64,000 bases of DNA from an uncultured Muribaculaceae bacterium (GCA_965231035.1 OZ246409.1:338075-402074), one strand, 5' to 3'. Positions 50,879 through 61,497 are shown, counted from the stretch's first letter. Notes: generated from the sequence alone by a model not told the origin. Translations and numbers: made by a program.

Positions 50879-51391
50879 ATGCCAAGTATGTCAAAAATTA
50901 TTTATCATGGAAGTGCGACAAAATTATCAAAGGGTGACATTATGCACCCATGCAAGTCTTTTGATTCAGATTTAAAGTGCGAGATATCTGCTGTTTTTGC
51001 TACACCAGATTTTGATTATGCCAAGAAATTTGCAATTACCAGTTTGTTAAAAGGACATGGTATGTTGTGGATTAATAATAACAAGATAATTTTTCAAAAC
51101 CTCAAACATAATATAAATCCTATGTTTTTTGTATTTGAAATCAACAGTGACGGGTTCCAATTAGACACTCGTGAAGAATATTTTTACGAAGGCGAAAAAG
51201 AAATATTAAATGTTCATGAATTCAATTTATTAACGGAAGCTGAAAAATCACATCTGGAAATATACGAATTCAATGAATTTGATGTATCCATTGATAAAAA
51301 CCTGACTATGCCAGAACGTATAAAAAACTTTGACAACATGTTAGAAAAGAAACAATATCACAAAGTTGATATAACTAGTTTAATAGGATAA
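50879..51391 (+). CDS. hypothetical protein (insert between gatA and gatB); speculative H-Y-E-type ADP-ribosyltransferase-like motifs
   Basis: 170 aa. N-terminal IIYHGS, later DFDYAKKF and EEYFYEGEKE, which is weak and spacing-only resemblance. Confidence 0.35.
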   Translation: MPSMSKIIYHGSATKLSKGDIMHPCKSFDSDLKCEISAVFATPDFDYAKKFAITSLLKGHGMLWINNNKIIFQNLKHNINPMFFVFEINSDGFQLDTREEYFYEGEKEILNVHEFNLLTEAEKSHLEIYEFNEFDVSIDKNLTMPERIKNFDNMLEKKQYHKVDITSLIG

Positions 51392-51408
51392 AAAAAAAGA
51401 ATTATAAA

Positions 51409-52125
51409 ATGTTTGGCAAAAATTTGTTTAAATTTTACCTAGATGAATTGGGCGAATATAGAACTTTACTTGGCATGCTTGGTGGTCAAGATGCCAGCAA
51501 TACTGTTAATCGTGCAGACCAATATGGAATCCCCGCTGACATAGCATCAAAGGTAAAATATGGAAAAGATTGCCCAGAACTTAAATTCTTTTTACATCAA
51601 AAATATAAAGAATTCAGTGCAGAATTAAAACAATCTTTAAAATTTCATAAAAAGTTTTGGAAAAAAAATAGTCCTTTTTATAAAGAAAAAATTGAAAGAA
51701 TCTTAGGGCACAAAATGCCAACTTACTCGATCAGGCTTAACATACAAACAGGCGGTATCAGTAATTGGTCTGGTACAAATATTTCAATTAACGCTTTTGA
51801 ATATCTTCAAAGATTCAAAACTGGACATATGATTCGGGATATTATTTGGGAAAGTATGCTTTCGCAAACTTTTATTGATATACGTAAAAAGCATTCAAAA
51901 AAAGTCATTAACGATTTTAATGTTTGGGGAATTTCTGAATTGACAGCAACCATTGGAATTTATCAAACAGATATTTCCCCAACAAGCGTTTGGGATATTG
52001 GATATAAAGAACTTGTTCTTTATCAGAATAAAATTCGCGAACTTTATCGAAATCGTAAAAACTTTGAAGATTATTTAGATAAAGTTGTAGAATATTTTAA
52101 GAAAAATCCATTAGAAGGAAAATAA
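51409..52125 (+). CDS. hypothetical protein (second gene of the gatA-gatB insert)
   Basis: 238 aa, K-rich, no recognised domain. Confidence 0.35.
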   Translation: MFGKNLFKFYLDELGEYRTLLGMLGGQDASNTVNRADQYGIPADIASKVKYGKDCPELKFFLHQKYKEFSAELKQSLKFHKKFWKKNSPFYKEKIERILGHKMPTYSIRLNIQTGGISNWSGTNISINAFEYLQRFKTGHMIRDIIWESMLSQTFIDIRKKHSKKVINDFNVWGISELTATIGIYQTDISPTSVWDIGYKELVLYQNKIRELYRNRKNFEDYLDKVVEYFKKNPLEGK

Positions 52126-52128
52126 GTT

Positions 52129-53649
52129 ATGACATACACAATACACGGAAAGACTGGTGAATGGGAACTGGTTATTGGATTAGAAACCCATATAGAGGTT
52201 ACAAGCCGCAGCAAATTATTCAGCGGAGCTTCTGCTGACTATAACCCATCGGTTCCTGCCAATACTCAGGTATCTTTTGTGGATGCCGCTATGCCCGGAA
52301 TGTTGCCGGTTTTAAATGAATTTTGTGTAGAACAAGCGATTCGTATGGGATTGGGTCTGAATGCCCAGATTTCTAAACGCAGCAAGTTTGCACGTAAACA
52401 ATATTTTTATCCTGACCTACCCCAAGGATACCAGATTTCACAACCAGCCGAAGAACCGCCAATTGTCGGCCGCGGTCATATTGAAATTATTGGCGATGAT
52501 GGTAATCCAAAAAAGATTTTTATAGAACGTGCACACTTGGAACAAGATGCTGGAAAATTAAAACATGATGCACATCCAACCAAATCAATGGCTGATTACA
52601 ATCGTACTGGTGTTGCATTGCTGGAAATTGTTACTTTCCTGGATACAAAAAACCCAGAAAATAATTCATATATAACCAGTCCCGATGAAGCAGAAAAATA
52701 CCTGCGTGAAATTCGTGACATTGCACGCGCCTTGGGTGTATCAAATGCAAATATGGAAGAAGGTTCAATGCGCGCGGACGTTAATGTTTCTGTACGTCGC
52801 GTTGGTGAAAAAAAGTTTGGTACCCGCACCGAAACTAAAAATATGGTGTCTTTTAAATTTATTAAAACAGCTATTGAATTTGAGGCACGTCGTCAAATAG
52901 AAATCCTGGAATCAGGCGGTACTGTTTCCCAAGATACTATGCATTATAACCAAGATTCCGGTACAACATCTGTAATGCGCAGCAAAGAAGATGCTTTGGA
53001 TTATCGTTATTTTCCAGATCCGGATTTATTGCCATTAATTATTACTGATGAAACAATTGAACGCATACGTGGCACTTTACCCGAATTACCATCTGCACGT
53101 CGTGCACGTTACATTGGCGAACTAGGATTATCAGAATATGATTCGGCTCGTTTAACCGAAAGCGTAGAAATTTCCAAATGGTTTGAATCTGCCCTGGGGA
53201 ATAAACCAGAACGTGCCAAGGCAATCGCAAACTGGATGATTTCAGAACTTTTTGCACACCCGGAAAACTTTGTTTTGGACGAATCGGAACAACGTGATGA
53301 ATCTATGCGGATAATTACCCCTTCAGATTTGGCAGAATTGGTAGATATGATTTCCGACGGCGATATAAACGGAAAAATGGCCAAAGACATATTTATCAAA
53401 ATGTTGGATGGCGAATCTGGGTCACCAAAACAAATCGCTGATAAGTTCGGATTAAAACAAATGTCAGATACAAGTGCAATTGTTGCTGCGGTGAATGATG
53501 TCATCGCCAAAAATTCATCCCAGGTTGAACAATATAAAGCTGGAAAAATAGGATTAATTGGATTCTTTGTGGGTGCCGTTATGAAGACAACAAATGGTGC
53601 CGCAAATCCCGAAACTGTGAATAAAATTCTGAGAGAGAAGTTAGGCTAA
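52129..53649 (+). CDS. gatB: Glu-tRNA(Gln) amidotransferase subunit B
   Basis: 506 aa; GatB N-terminal catalytic and C-terminal YqeY-like domains. Confidence 0.9.
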   Translation: MTYTIHGKTGEWELVIGLETHIEVTSRSKLFSGASADYNPSVPANTQVSFVDAAMPGMLPVLNEFCVEQAIRMGLGLNAQISKRSKFARKQYFYPDLPQGYQISQPAEEPPIVGRGHIEIIGDDGNPKKIFIERAHLEQDAGKLKHDAHPTKSMADYNRTGVALLEIVTFLDTKNPENNSYITSPDEAEKYLREIRDIARALGVSNANMEEGSMRADVNVSVRRVGEKKFGTRTETKNMVSFKFIKTAIEFEARRQIEILESGGTVSQDTMHYNQDSGTTSVMRSKEDALDYRYFPDPDLLPLIITDETIERIRGTLPELPSARRARYIGELGLSEYDSARLTESVEISKWFESALGNKPERAKAIANWMISELFAHPENFVLDESEQRDESMRIITPSDLAELVDMISDGDINGKMAKDIFIKMLDGESGSPKQIADKFGLKQMSDTSAIVAAVNDVIAKNSSQVEQYKAGKIGLIGFFVGAVMKTTNGAANPETVNKILREKLG

Positions 53650-53662
53650 AAAAGGATAAAAA

Positions 53663-53962
53663 ATGCCAGATATAACCTGTCCTTATACTTTTGATAAAAA
53701 TCAGCCGGACTTACAAAAGTTTTTCTCGGCTCAGCTTTGTGAAGATTGTGGTAAAGAACCAAATAAAGGCCAAGATTGCTGGAAGGTTCAAAATGCATTG
53801 TTAAATGGTAAAACAAGACATTATAAAGAGGCAATTAGAAACAACGGTTGGTATAATAACTATTCTGGTGAAAAAGTCTTTATTGAATTAAAAGAAGCAA
53901 AAGAAGCCATAAATAGAATCAAAAAACTCCTAGAAATTACAGAAAATATACACAAGAAATAA
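53663..53962 (+). CDS. small Cys4 (zinc-ribbon-like) hypothetical protein
   Basis: C6...C26xxC29...C39 spacing; 99 aa. Confidence 0.35.
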   Translation: MPDITCPYTFDKNQPDLQKFFSAQLCEDCGKEPNKGQDCWKVQNALLNGKTRHYKEAIRNNGWYNNYSGEKVFIELKEAKEAINRIKKLLEITENIHKK

Positions 53963-53963
53963 T

Positions 53964-54239
53964 ATGAACATTTCTGAAATACAAAATTCTGACGTACAAC
54001 CTGCACTTTCTAGTGTGACTATTTTTTTGATACTACTTCTTTCTAGCGGGGCTTTTACAATTAAAAAATCCCAGAAAAAACCTTTATATACCAGATTAAA
54101 CCCAGATTGGGTGTTTTATGGTTTTGCTAACATCAATAAATTTTACTTAACAGCGCCAGAGTACAAGCAAAATATGGGAAACTGTTATAAATCGCTTAAT
54201 AAATTTGTACCAAAATTAAAATTTCGAGAGAGATGTTAA
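53964..54239 (+). CDS. small membrane hypothetical protein
   Basis: 91 aa with one TM. Confidence 0.3.
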   Translation: MNISEIQNSDVQPALSSVTIFLILLLSSGAFTIKKSQKKPLYTRLNPDWVFYGFANINKFYLTAPEYKQNMGNCYKSLNKFVPKLKFRERC

Positions 54240-54305
54240 AAAAAATTATTAAAAAATTAACTGTGTAAAATCAGTTCTGATAATTAGTTAAAATATGGAT
54301 ATATA

Positions 54306-55115
54306 ATGATTGATAAAAAAAATGATTTACAGGCCGAAGGAGAAAATTTCCTTAAATGGGATTTTTTTAAAAACCCTTCTGTTATTTCTGATTTAATAAA
54401 CCCTGTTCAAAAAACAGTAAAAAAATTAATAAAAAAATCAAAAAAAGATCTTAGGATTATCGACCTTGGTACAGGTACAGGAATTATTATAAAAAATATA
54501 AAACAAAAAATAGAATCTCAAGAAAATAATAAGTTATATAACTTAATTTTTTATGGGGTTGATTGCTTAGATGAGCTTATTAAAAAAAATCAAGAGGAAG
54601 CACCTGATATAAAATGGATATGTTCTGATAATAAAAATTTACCATTTCGTGACCAATCTTTTGATATTGTAGTTATGCGAAACACTCTTCATTATGAAGA
54701 AAACTATGAAAATCAAAAAAAAGTTATATGTGAAGCATATAGAATATTAAAATATTCCGGATATATTATAGATTTTCAATCTTGTTTCCCTACCCTTTTG
54801 GAGACAAACCTGATTCGGAATATATATAGTGTACTGCCAAAAGCTATAAAAATGCAGACAATTTCAGAATTTAAAACATTACATAAAACAATCTTCGGTA
54901 ATGTGAAATTATTATCAAATCCAAATTCTAGAAATTTATTAGTTAGTAAAGATTTATTGACTAAAAGATATATGACAAAATTAGAGCAGTTGGAAATTAT
55001 ACGTAACAAGATTTTAGATATTCCAGAAAAAAATAGGCCAAACTTCCATATTTCTGAAAAAGATTTTTGGTTCACAATCCCGCAAAGAATAGTTAAATGT
55101 CAAAAAATAAAATAA
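54306..55115 (+). CDS. class I SAM-dependent methyltransferase (very AT-rich)
   Basis: IIDLGTGTGII motif I; DIVVMRNTLHY motif. Confidence 0.6.
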   Translation: MIDKKNDLQAEGENFLKWDFFKNPSVISDLINPVQKTVKKLIKKSKKDLRIIDLGTGTGIIIKNIKQKIESQENNKLYNLIFYGVDCLDELIKKNQEEAPDIKWICSDNKNLPFRDQSFDIVVMRNTLHYEENYENQKKVICEAYRILKYSGYIIDFQSCFPTLLETNLIRNIYSVLPKAIKMQTISEFKTLHKTIFGNVKLLSNPNSRNLLVSKDLLTKRYMTKLEQLEIIRNKILDIPEKNRPNFHISEKDFWFTIPQRIVKCQKIK

Positions 55116-56404
55116 TGAAAAAATTTTTTATCCAAACTTTTGGCTGCCAAATGAATGTCTATGACGGACAGCGTATCGCAAATATGTTGCAAACAAACGG
55201 CTGGCAGAAAATAGATGATATGCCAAACGCCGATTTAATTATTTTAAACACCTGCAGTGTTCGTGAAAAGGCATCAAACAAAGTATTCAGTGCATTGGGT
55301 CGCATACGCGATTCAAAAAAACCAAATGCCATATTTGGAATTGTTGGTTGTGTCGCACGCGAATCGGGTGCGGATGCTTTTCGTCGTATTCCAGATTTAA
55401 ATTTTGTTTTGGGACCACAGAGTTATCATAAATTGCCAGAAATTTTGGAAAATCCGGATTTAAAGCTGCTTAATATTGACCTTGGTGGCTTGGAAAAATT
55501 CGATGAATTGCCACAAATGAATAAATCCGATGCAGTTGCATATATTCCAATCCAAGAAGGTTGTAACCACTGTTGCACTTATTGCATTGTTCCATACACA
55601 CGTGGACGCGAACTTTCACGCCCATTTGACGACATTATGCAAGATGTTGAGATCGCGGCAAACACTGGTGCAATTGAAATTTGCTTTCTGGGACAGAATG
55701 TTAATGGCTATAAATTCGAAAATTACAGACTTTCGGACCTGATTCGTTTAACAGCAAAGCTAAATTCCATCAAACGAATCAGATTTACATCCAGTTACCC
55801 AACAGAAATGACAGAAGATTTGATAAAATTGTTCGGATCCGAGCCTAAATTACTGCCTTTTTTGAATTTGCCTATACAAAGTGGGTCTTCTGATGTATTG
55901 ACAAGAATGAATCGTCTATATTCCTTAAATCTATATATAGATATAGTTAATAAATTAAAAGAAATTCGACCTGATATTCAAGTATCAAGCGATTTTATTG
56001 TTGGGTTCCCGGGTGAGACCGATTCGGATTTTGAACAAACAATGGACATAGTAAAGCGAATCAGATACATAAATTCGTATTCTTTTAAATATTCACCCCG
56101 TCCCCATACACTGGCAGCAACAATGCCGAACCAAGTTCCTGAAAATATAAAACGCGAGCGGCTGAAAATATTGGATGGATATTTGAACGATATTCAACGC
56201 GAATTTAACGAATCTTGTATTGGTAAGACTTTTGAATGCCTGTGCGAAGGCCCAGATAAAAGCGGTAAACATTTGGTATTCCGTACCCCATACATGCAGC
56301 AATGCATTGTTGCTAAACCAGATCATAATGTTCCTGAACTGGCTGAAATAAAAATTACCGCAGGAAACAAATCTTCTCTGCGTGGGGAATTTGTTAAAAA
56401 ATAA
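55097..56404 (+). CDS. miaB: tRNA-i6A37 methylthiotransferase MiaB
   Basis: MTTase N-domain FGCQMN, radical-SAM CNHCCTYC, TRAM C-terminus. Confidence 0.88.
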   Translation: MSKNKIMKKFFIQTFGCQMNVYDGQRIANMLQTNGWQKIDDMPNADLIILNTCSVREKASNKVFSALGRIRDSKKPNAIFGIVGCVARESGADAFRRIPDLNFVLGPQSYHKLPEILENPDLKLLNIDLGGLEKFDELPQMNKSDAVAYIPIQEGCNHCCTYCIVPYTRGRELSRPFDDIMQDVEIAANTGAIEICFLGQNVNGYKFENYRLSDLIRLTAKLNSIKRIRFTSSYPTEMTEDLIKLFGSEPKLLPFLNLPIQSGSSDVLTRMNRLYSLNLYIDIVNKLKEIRPDIQVSSDFIVGFPGETDSDFEQTMDIVKRIRYINSYSFKYSPRPHTLAATMPNQVPENIKRERLKILDGYLNDIQREFNESCIGKTFECLCEGPDKSGKHLVFRTPYMQQCIVAKPDHNVPELAEIKITAGNKSSLRGEFVKK

Positions 56405-57944
56405 AATTTAGTTCGACACTGATTTTCTGGCTGGTTCTGTATTTATCATGATTCACAGAATAAGATAAGTTTGCACCTGCCATGTCTTCAATGGACCAAA
56501 AGTTCACTCTGGCGCCAAAGGTCTGAATATTATTTGTCTGTAATATCCCAAATAATTGATAATCATTTTTTATACCCAACATTTCATAACTACGTCCAAT
56601 CATTCCGCCGCCCCGCCCTGATATTTTCGAATCGGATTGGTGCAAAACTTTCTGGTAATCCCCACCAATTCCAATAAATGGTGAAAAATAAAAATCTGAT
56701 AAAAAGTCAAACTTTATGCCCGAATCAACAGTTCCATAAACCGAAGATCCATTTGGGTTATAAACAACTTTGTCACCATCAAAAATCATATCTGTTCCAA
56801 ATGAAGCGAAAGTTGCTCCAACGACCGATTTTAACCACAAATTGTCATTTTTGATATACCCACGAATATTTCCTCCATACAAAAAGCCTGAAAAGTTGTT
56901 AATATCGTTATTATTTTCAAACTTACCAGCATATACAGACAAAACGAAGTCTTGGTCTGTTATTAATGTTGAAAAAGACATTTTTCCACCGTATAAGCCC
57001 AATCCGTCCGAAGAAGAAATGTAAAGTGCTTCGAAACCATTAGATGCAGAATCATTAAATGTGTTTGGATTATTCGTTTCGAAATTATTAAATGTCTTTA
57101 TTGGGTCTATTAAATTTATAGGATTAAATAACACCGACCGTCTCATAAGTTCATAAAGCCCTGCGGTACTGCTCTCTCGGTCCATTGCCTGCACCAAAGA
57201 ATTATAGTGCGAACTGATTCGTAAATTATTAATCATAATTCCACGTGATTTACCTAAAACTTTTTGATAATCGGTTTCGCGGTCAATACTAAGATAAATA
57301 TTATCATCTTTGCGAATTGTAGTAGCTGTGTATAAACTTTCTAAACCTTCAACATCAACACTTATAACCCCGCTGCCTGAAACATTGGCAAGCAGTAAAC
57401 TTCCGTCTGAAGCATATCTATTGTCTAATTTTAATCTATTTTCACCAATTAATTCTATTTGTGGTGAAACTAAAATGCTTTTATCAAGGTAAATATAAGC
57501 ATTACTGAGTGTTAACTTACCTGCGCCGCCTGATATAGACAATATTTCAGAAAACTTAATATTGTCACTGTTATTAATCAGAATTGAATACTTATAATTA
57601 TTTGTTGATAACTTAGAAATATCAGAATTTGATCTTATAACCTGGGTTAAAGTTGAATTATTTCCAACATTTATTTTTCCTGAAATACTTCCACTGTTTT
57701 CCAAAACTAAATTACACCCATCGGTTATATCAATTTCTCCGTTAATTCTACCCATATTATAAAAGTTCAAGGAATTATTTATATACAGGTTTTTTACATA
57801 AATAGAACCATTATTGCCAACAATTGTATCCTTGAAAATGTTATATTTTACCCCGGTTACTGGGCCATCAATAAAATCCGGCTCTTCTGAAAAGGCCGGC
57901 AATATTATGAGTACCATAATTAAAAATACAATTATTTTTCTCAT
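56394..57944 (-). CDS. autotransporter-like outer membrane protein (passenger plus C-terminal beta-barrel)
   Basis: Signal peptide; C-terminal ~280 aa of alternating strands ending ...VELNFIF. Confidence 0.4.
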   Translation of the reverse strand: MRKIIVFLIMVLIILPAFSEEPDFIDGPVTGVKYNIFKDTIVGNNGSIYVKNLYINNSLNFYNMGRINGEIDITDGCNLVLENSGSISGKINVGNNSTLTQVIRSNSDISKLSTNNYKYSILINNSDNIKFSEILSISGGAGKLTLSNAYIYLDKSILVSPQIELIGENRLKLDNRYASDGSLLLANVSGSGVISVDVEGLESLYTATTIRKDDNIYLSIDRETDYQKVLGKSRGIMINNLRISSHYNSLVQAMDRESSTAGLYELMRRSVLFNPINLIDPIKTFNNFETNNPNTFNDSASNGFEALYISSSDGLGLYGGKMSFSTLITDQDFVLSVYAGKFENNNDINNFSGFLYGGNIRGYIKNDNLWLKSVVGATFASFGTDMIFDGDKVVYNPNGSSVYGTVDSGIKFDFLSDFYFSPFIGIGGDYQKVLHQSDSKISGRGGGMIGRSYEMLGIKNDYQLFGILQTNNIQTFGARVNFWSIEDMAGANLSYSVNHDKYRTSQKISVELNFIF

Positions 57945-58052
57945 CTCCGAAAAAATCCTAGCAAATATGACTTTGTTCTTAAAGGATTTTTTTCATAAAC
58001 TTGAAAAGCTATTAAATAGCTCTACAATGTTCAATGAACCAAGGAGATTGAC

Positions 58053-58490
58053 ATGAATATTCTAAAAAAAGTTCATCAAACATTTTCCACCAAGAAAGAT
58101 ATAGATATTGTTATATCTTATATCAAAGCTTCCTTAAAATTCAATTTAGACTGTGCTAGGTTCCAGCAAGCAACAAAAATGGAAATCCATTCTGATGACA
58201 AATTGCTAAACCAGTCAGAACAACTTATAAATTTGGTGATAAAAGATATAGAAGAAATCAAGAAATTCACCAACGCAGCAAAAGAAAGTTTAAAGAAAAC
58301 AAAAAATTCTGGTTCCGAACTTTCCCCTGACGAAATTTTTACAATAGATATGTCAGCAATCAGGGATATTAAAAAAGTAGGTTTAACAAGAAAACTTAGC
58401 GATGACGAAAGAAAGTTGATTAAAAGTGCCACAAATAGATTTAACCAGGTTTATGCTGAACAAATAAAAGGTCTGAAATCCAAGGACTAA
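58053..58490 (+). CDS. hypothetical protein
   Basis: 145 aa, charged/helical. Confidence 0.35.
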   Translation: MNILKKVHQTFSTKKDIDIVISYIKASLKFNLDCARFQQATKMEIHSDDKLLNQSEQLINLVIKDIEEIKKFTNAAKESLKKTKNSGSELSPDEIFTIDMSAIRDIKKVGLTRKLSDDERKLIKSATNRFNQVYAEQIKGLKSKD

Positions 58491-58582
58491 AAAACATAAC
58501 ACCCGGAATAATAAGCAAAAAAGCTTGCTTTTGTTAGATAAATATATATAATCAGCAGGTCTTTTTAGTTATATTATGACCC

Positions 58583-58658
58583 GGGTGCGTAGCTCAGTTG
58601 GTAGAGCAACTGACTCTTAATCAGTGGGTCTGGGGTTCGAATCCCCACGCGCCCACCA
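58583..58658 (+). tRNA. tRNA-Lys (anticodon CTT)
   Basis: GGGTGCG acceptor, TAGCTCAGTTGGTAGAGC D-arm, anticodon loop CTCTTAA, GGTTCGAATCC T-arm, ACCA. Confidence 0.9.
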
Positions 58659-58699
58659 GTGGTTTAAGTAATTGAAATTACTTAATAATTTAGTTAAAT

Positions 58700-58727
58700 T
58701 TATCCCGCAAAACTGCGGGATTTTTTA
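58700..58727 (+). terminator. intrinsic terminator after tRNA-Lys
   Basis: Hairpin TCCCGCAAAACTGCGGGA followed by TTTTTT. Confidence 0.6.
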
Positions 58728-58851
58728 TTGATTTTGACTATGGTATGGATACGTATCAAGTAAATATACCAGATATATCCCCAAATCTATCCACTGCCCA
58801 TATTCTGATAGTCACACTTGGTAATATTATTTATAAATAATATAAAGATTA

Positions 58852-59421
58852 TTAATTATTAACAAATTCAGATTTTAATTTTGAGAATACCATTGTATCT
58901 CCAATTCTTCCATCTGGATAGGGAAAGTCCTGTCTTAAAATACCATCAAGGTTATAACCCAATCTTTTAGGTATATTTTGACTGCTTATATTGTTCGTGT
59001 CACAATGGATTTCAATTTTGTTCCAACCATCAATTTCGAACACTGCTTTTTCTAAAATTTTCACAGCATTTGTCATTATACCATTACCGCCAAACTTTTT
59101 ATCCAACCAGTATCCAATCTCAACTTTTCTTTTACTTTCTTCTCGTTTTACAAAGCCTATTGATCCTATAACTTTATTATCTTTAAATATTAAGTATGTC
59201 CACTCTTTGTTATAAACGTGTGATAGACCATCATATTCATCTGTTACAGAATTTGTTCTTGCAACCCAAGGTAGCCAATATCCAAGATATTCACGATTTC
59301 TTTCTACAATTTCAAAAACTTCTTTTGCAAGTTCAAAAGTTGGTTTAATACGACGTAATTCTATACCGTATTCATCTAATGTTTCTGGGAAATCTTTCAT
59401 AGTTTTACCTTTTTGTATCAA
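58852..59421 (-). CDS. GNAT-family N-acetyltransferase (RimL/RimJ-like)
   Basis: GNAT fold pattern (IGSIGFVKRE...GYWLDKKFGGNGIMT). Confidence 0.6.
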   Translation of the reverse strand: MIQKGKTMKDFPETLDEYGIELRRIKPTFELAKEVFEIVERNREYLGYWLPWVARTNSVTDEYDGLSHVYNKEWTYLIFKDNKVIGSIGFVKREESKRKVEIGYWLDKKFGGNGIMTNAVKILEKAVFEIDGWNKIEIHCDTNNISSQNIPKRLGYNLDGILRQDFPYPDGRIGDTMVFSKLKSEFVNN

Positions 59422-59432
59422 GTATAAAACTA

Positions 59433-61058
59433 TTATTTATAAAATTCAATCTCTTGCTCACTGAACTTTTCGTACTTACTTGCTATATCAAACAATGTTT
59501 GCAGGTTTATGGTGGCTGGTGCGTTGCCAGACATAATCGTGTTTATAATCTTTGGTGACATATAACAAAGATTTAAATACTTATAAACCGTTCGATGGTC
59601 GCGACCCATTTTGGTGGCAAGTTTTCGGACGGACATTCCATTCTCAATTTCACGTTTATACTTCCAGGCGTATGCCAATGCTCGTACCAGTGTGTTATTA
59701 TTTTCTGATTTGGTCATTATTAATTTTTCACCACATTGGTGTTTATAGATAATTGAACTGGTACTGGCGATACTTATTTCTGTTTCAATCACAATATATT
59801 TTTCATCATCTGTTAAATAGCAATTTTCCATTTGATTATTAAATGCATTCATATAATTTTTATCTGTAAATATATCCAAATACTTCAAATCATCAGAGTT
59901 TATAAAAATCGTGATTTTATGGTCTTGATAAATAATCTTATCAATCATTGGGTTTATAATTGCCTCCGTATATTTAATCTGCTTAAACATCAGACGCTTT
60001 TCAGATGGCAGAAAGTTCATATCAGAATCTAAAAACTGCCGCACAGTGTCAGATACTATTTTATCAATATGTCCCATTGGAATAGAATGCTTGCCAGCGC
60101 GATAATATTTGTATTGTTTTATACCTTTACGCCCAGATGAATTCTTGAACACCGTACCCGAAGTTGTTTGTATTTTATTATTTAATAAAGATGGTGCTCT
60201 TTTACAAACTGCATCACCACGATTATTATTATTTTTTAATTTTTCTTGAACATTATTAAATAATTCTATATCAAGTATTTCAGGATGTTCGCCTTCAAAA
60301 ATATCACCACTGGATTTATTTGGTAATTTACCAAGAAATATAGGATTGGTCAGAAACCTTTGTAAAATTGATACGCCCATAATGTTGCCACCAATAGTTT
60401 TTCCTTTTTCTGTAATCCATTTTTTACCATAAATCCCTTGTTCAATTAAACGTAATCTGCAATCAGACAAAGATGATGATTCCAGATAGGTTTCAAATAT
60501 TTTCCGCACTATTGGAATCTCTGACTCATTCGGTACCAGCTTGTGAAACTTTATATCGTACCCCATTGGTGGCTTACCACCGACCCACATCCCCTTGGAC
60601 TTGGTTGCGCGTATTTTATCGCGTATACGTTCGCCAGCAACCTCACGTTCAAACTCTGCAAACGACAGTAACATATTCAGCGTTAATTTACCCATGGCGC
60701 TATTGGTGTCAAAACTTTGTGTGATACTGACAAGATTACAATTATGTTTATCAAACTCTTTCATCATACTTTTAAAGTCAAAAATACTGCGCGACAATCG
60801 GTCAATTTTATAAACCAGAACGCAGTCAATTCTGCCACTACGAATATCAGTCAGCATTTCTTGTAAAGCGGGTCGCACCATTGTTCCACCAGAAATCGCG
60901 GCATCACTGTAAGTTTTAATATATTCCCAACCTTGGAACGTCTGGGACATAATGTATGCCTTAGCGGCTTGTTCCTGGTTGTCCAATGAATTAAATTCCT
61001 GATCCAGGCCATGCTCGCTGGACTTACGCACATAAATTGCACATCTTACATTTGCCAT
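59433..61058 (-). CDS. large serine recombinase (resolvase/invertase N-domain plus recombinase domain plus C-terminal HTH)
   Basis: AIYVRKSSE nucleophile region, IDRLSRS motif, about 540 aa. Confidence 0.85.
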   Translation of the reverse strand: MANVRCAIYVRKSSEHGLDQEFNSLDNQEQAAKAYIMSQTFQGWEYIKTYSDAAISGGTMVRPALQEMLTDIRSGRIDCVLVYKIDRLSRSIFDFKSMMKEFDKHNCNLVSITQSFDTNSAMGKLTLNMLLSFAEFEREVAGERIRDKIRATKSKGMWVGGKPPMGYDIKFHKLVPNESEIPIVRKIFETYLESSSLSDCRLRLIEQGIYGKKWITEKGKTIGGNIMGVSILQRFLTNPIFLGKLPNKSSGDIFEGEHPEILDIELFNNVQEKLKNNNNRGDAVCKRAPSLLNNKIQTTSGTVFKNSSGRKGIKQYKYYRAGKHSIPMGHIDKIVSDTVRQFLDSDMNFLPSEKRLMFKQIKYTEAIINPMIDKIIYQDHKITIFINSDDLKYLDIFTDKNYMNAFNNQMENCYLTDDEKYIVIETEISIASTSSIIYKHQCGEKLIMTKSENNNTLVRALAYAWKYKREIENGMSVRKLATKMGRDHRTVYKYLNLCYMSPKIINTIMSGNAPATINLQTLFDIASKYEKFSEQEIEFYK

Positions 61059-61173
61059 ATTTATCCTTTTGATTATGCCCATTTACGCTCTGTTGGGACG
61101 CGAAGTCAAGTCGTTAAAACACTTGATTTATAAGGTTTTGTAAGCATTAGTATGTATGTAAAAGAGGCAAGAT

Positions 61174-61497
61174 ATGGATAAAAAGCAACAGCAATATATG
61201 GCACAATGTAAAGTTACAGGTTATAAGATAGAACAAAAGCATTTAAGTAAATTGAATAAGTATTTAAAAGACCCAGATGGTTGTATCGAGCGTTCAATTA
61301 AAACAAAATATTATATAAAACCAGGCACAAGAATTACGAAAAAATACAAAGGAAAAGAATACATTGTGACAGTGATTTCAGAAAACAAATTTATGTATAA
61401 AATGGATACTTTTGAAACACTATCAGCAGTAGCTGTCGCAATAACCGGCCATAAAGTTTCCGGTTATGAATTCTTTGGTTTTTATAATAAGCATTAA
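61174..61497 (+). CDS. DUF2924-like small protein commonly paired with serine recombinases
   Basis: C-terminal TLSAVAVAITGHKVSGYEFFGF matches the DUF2924 signature. Confidence 0.5.
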   Translation: MDKKQQQYMAQCKVTGYKIEQKHLSKLNKYLKDPDGCIERSIKTKYYIKPGTRITKKYKGKEYIVTVISENKFMYKMDTFETLSAVAVAITGHKVSGYEFFGFYNKH

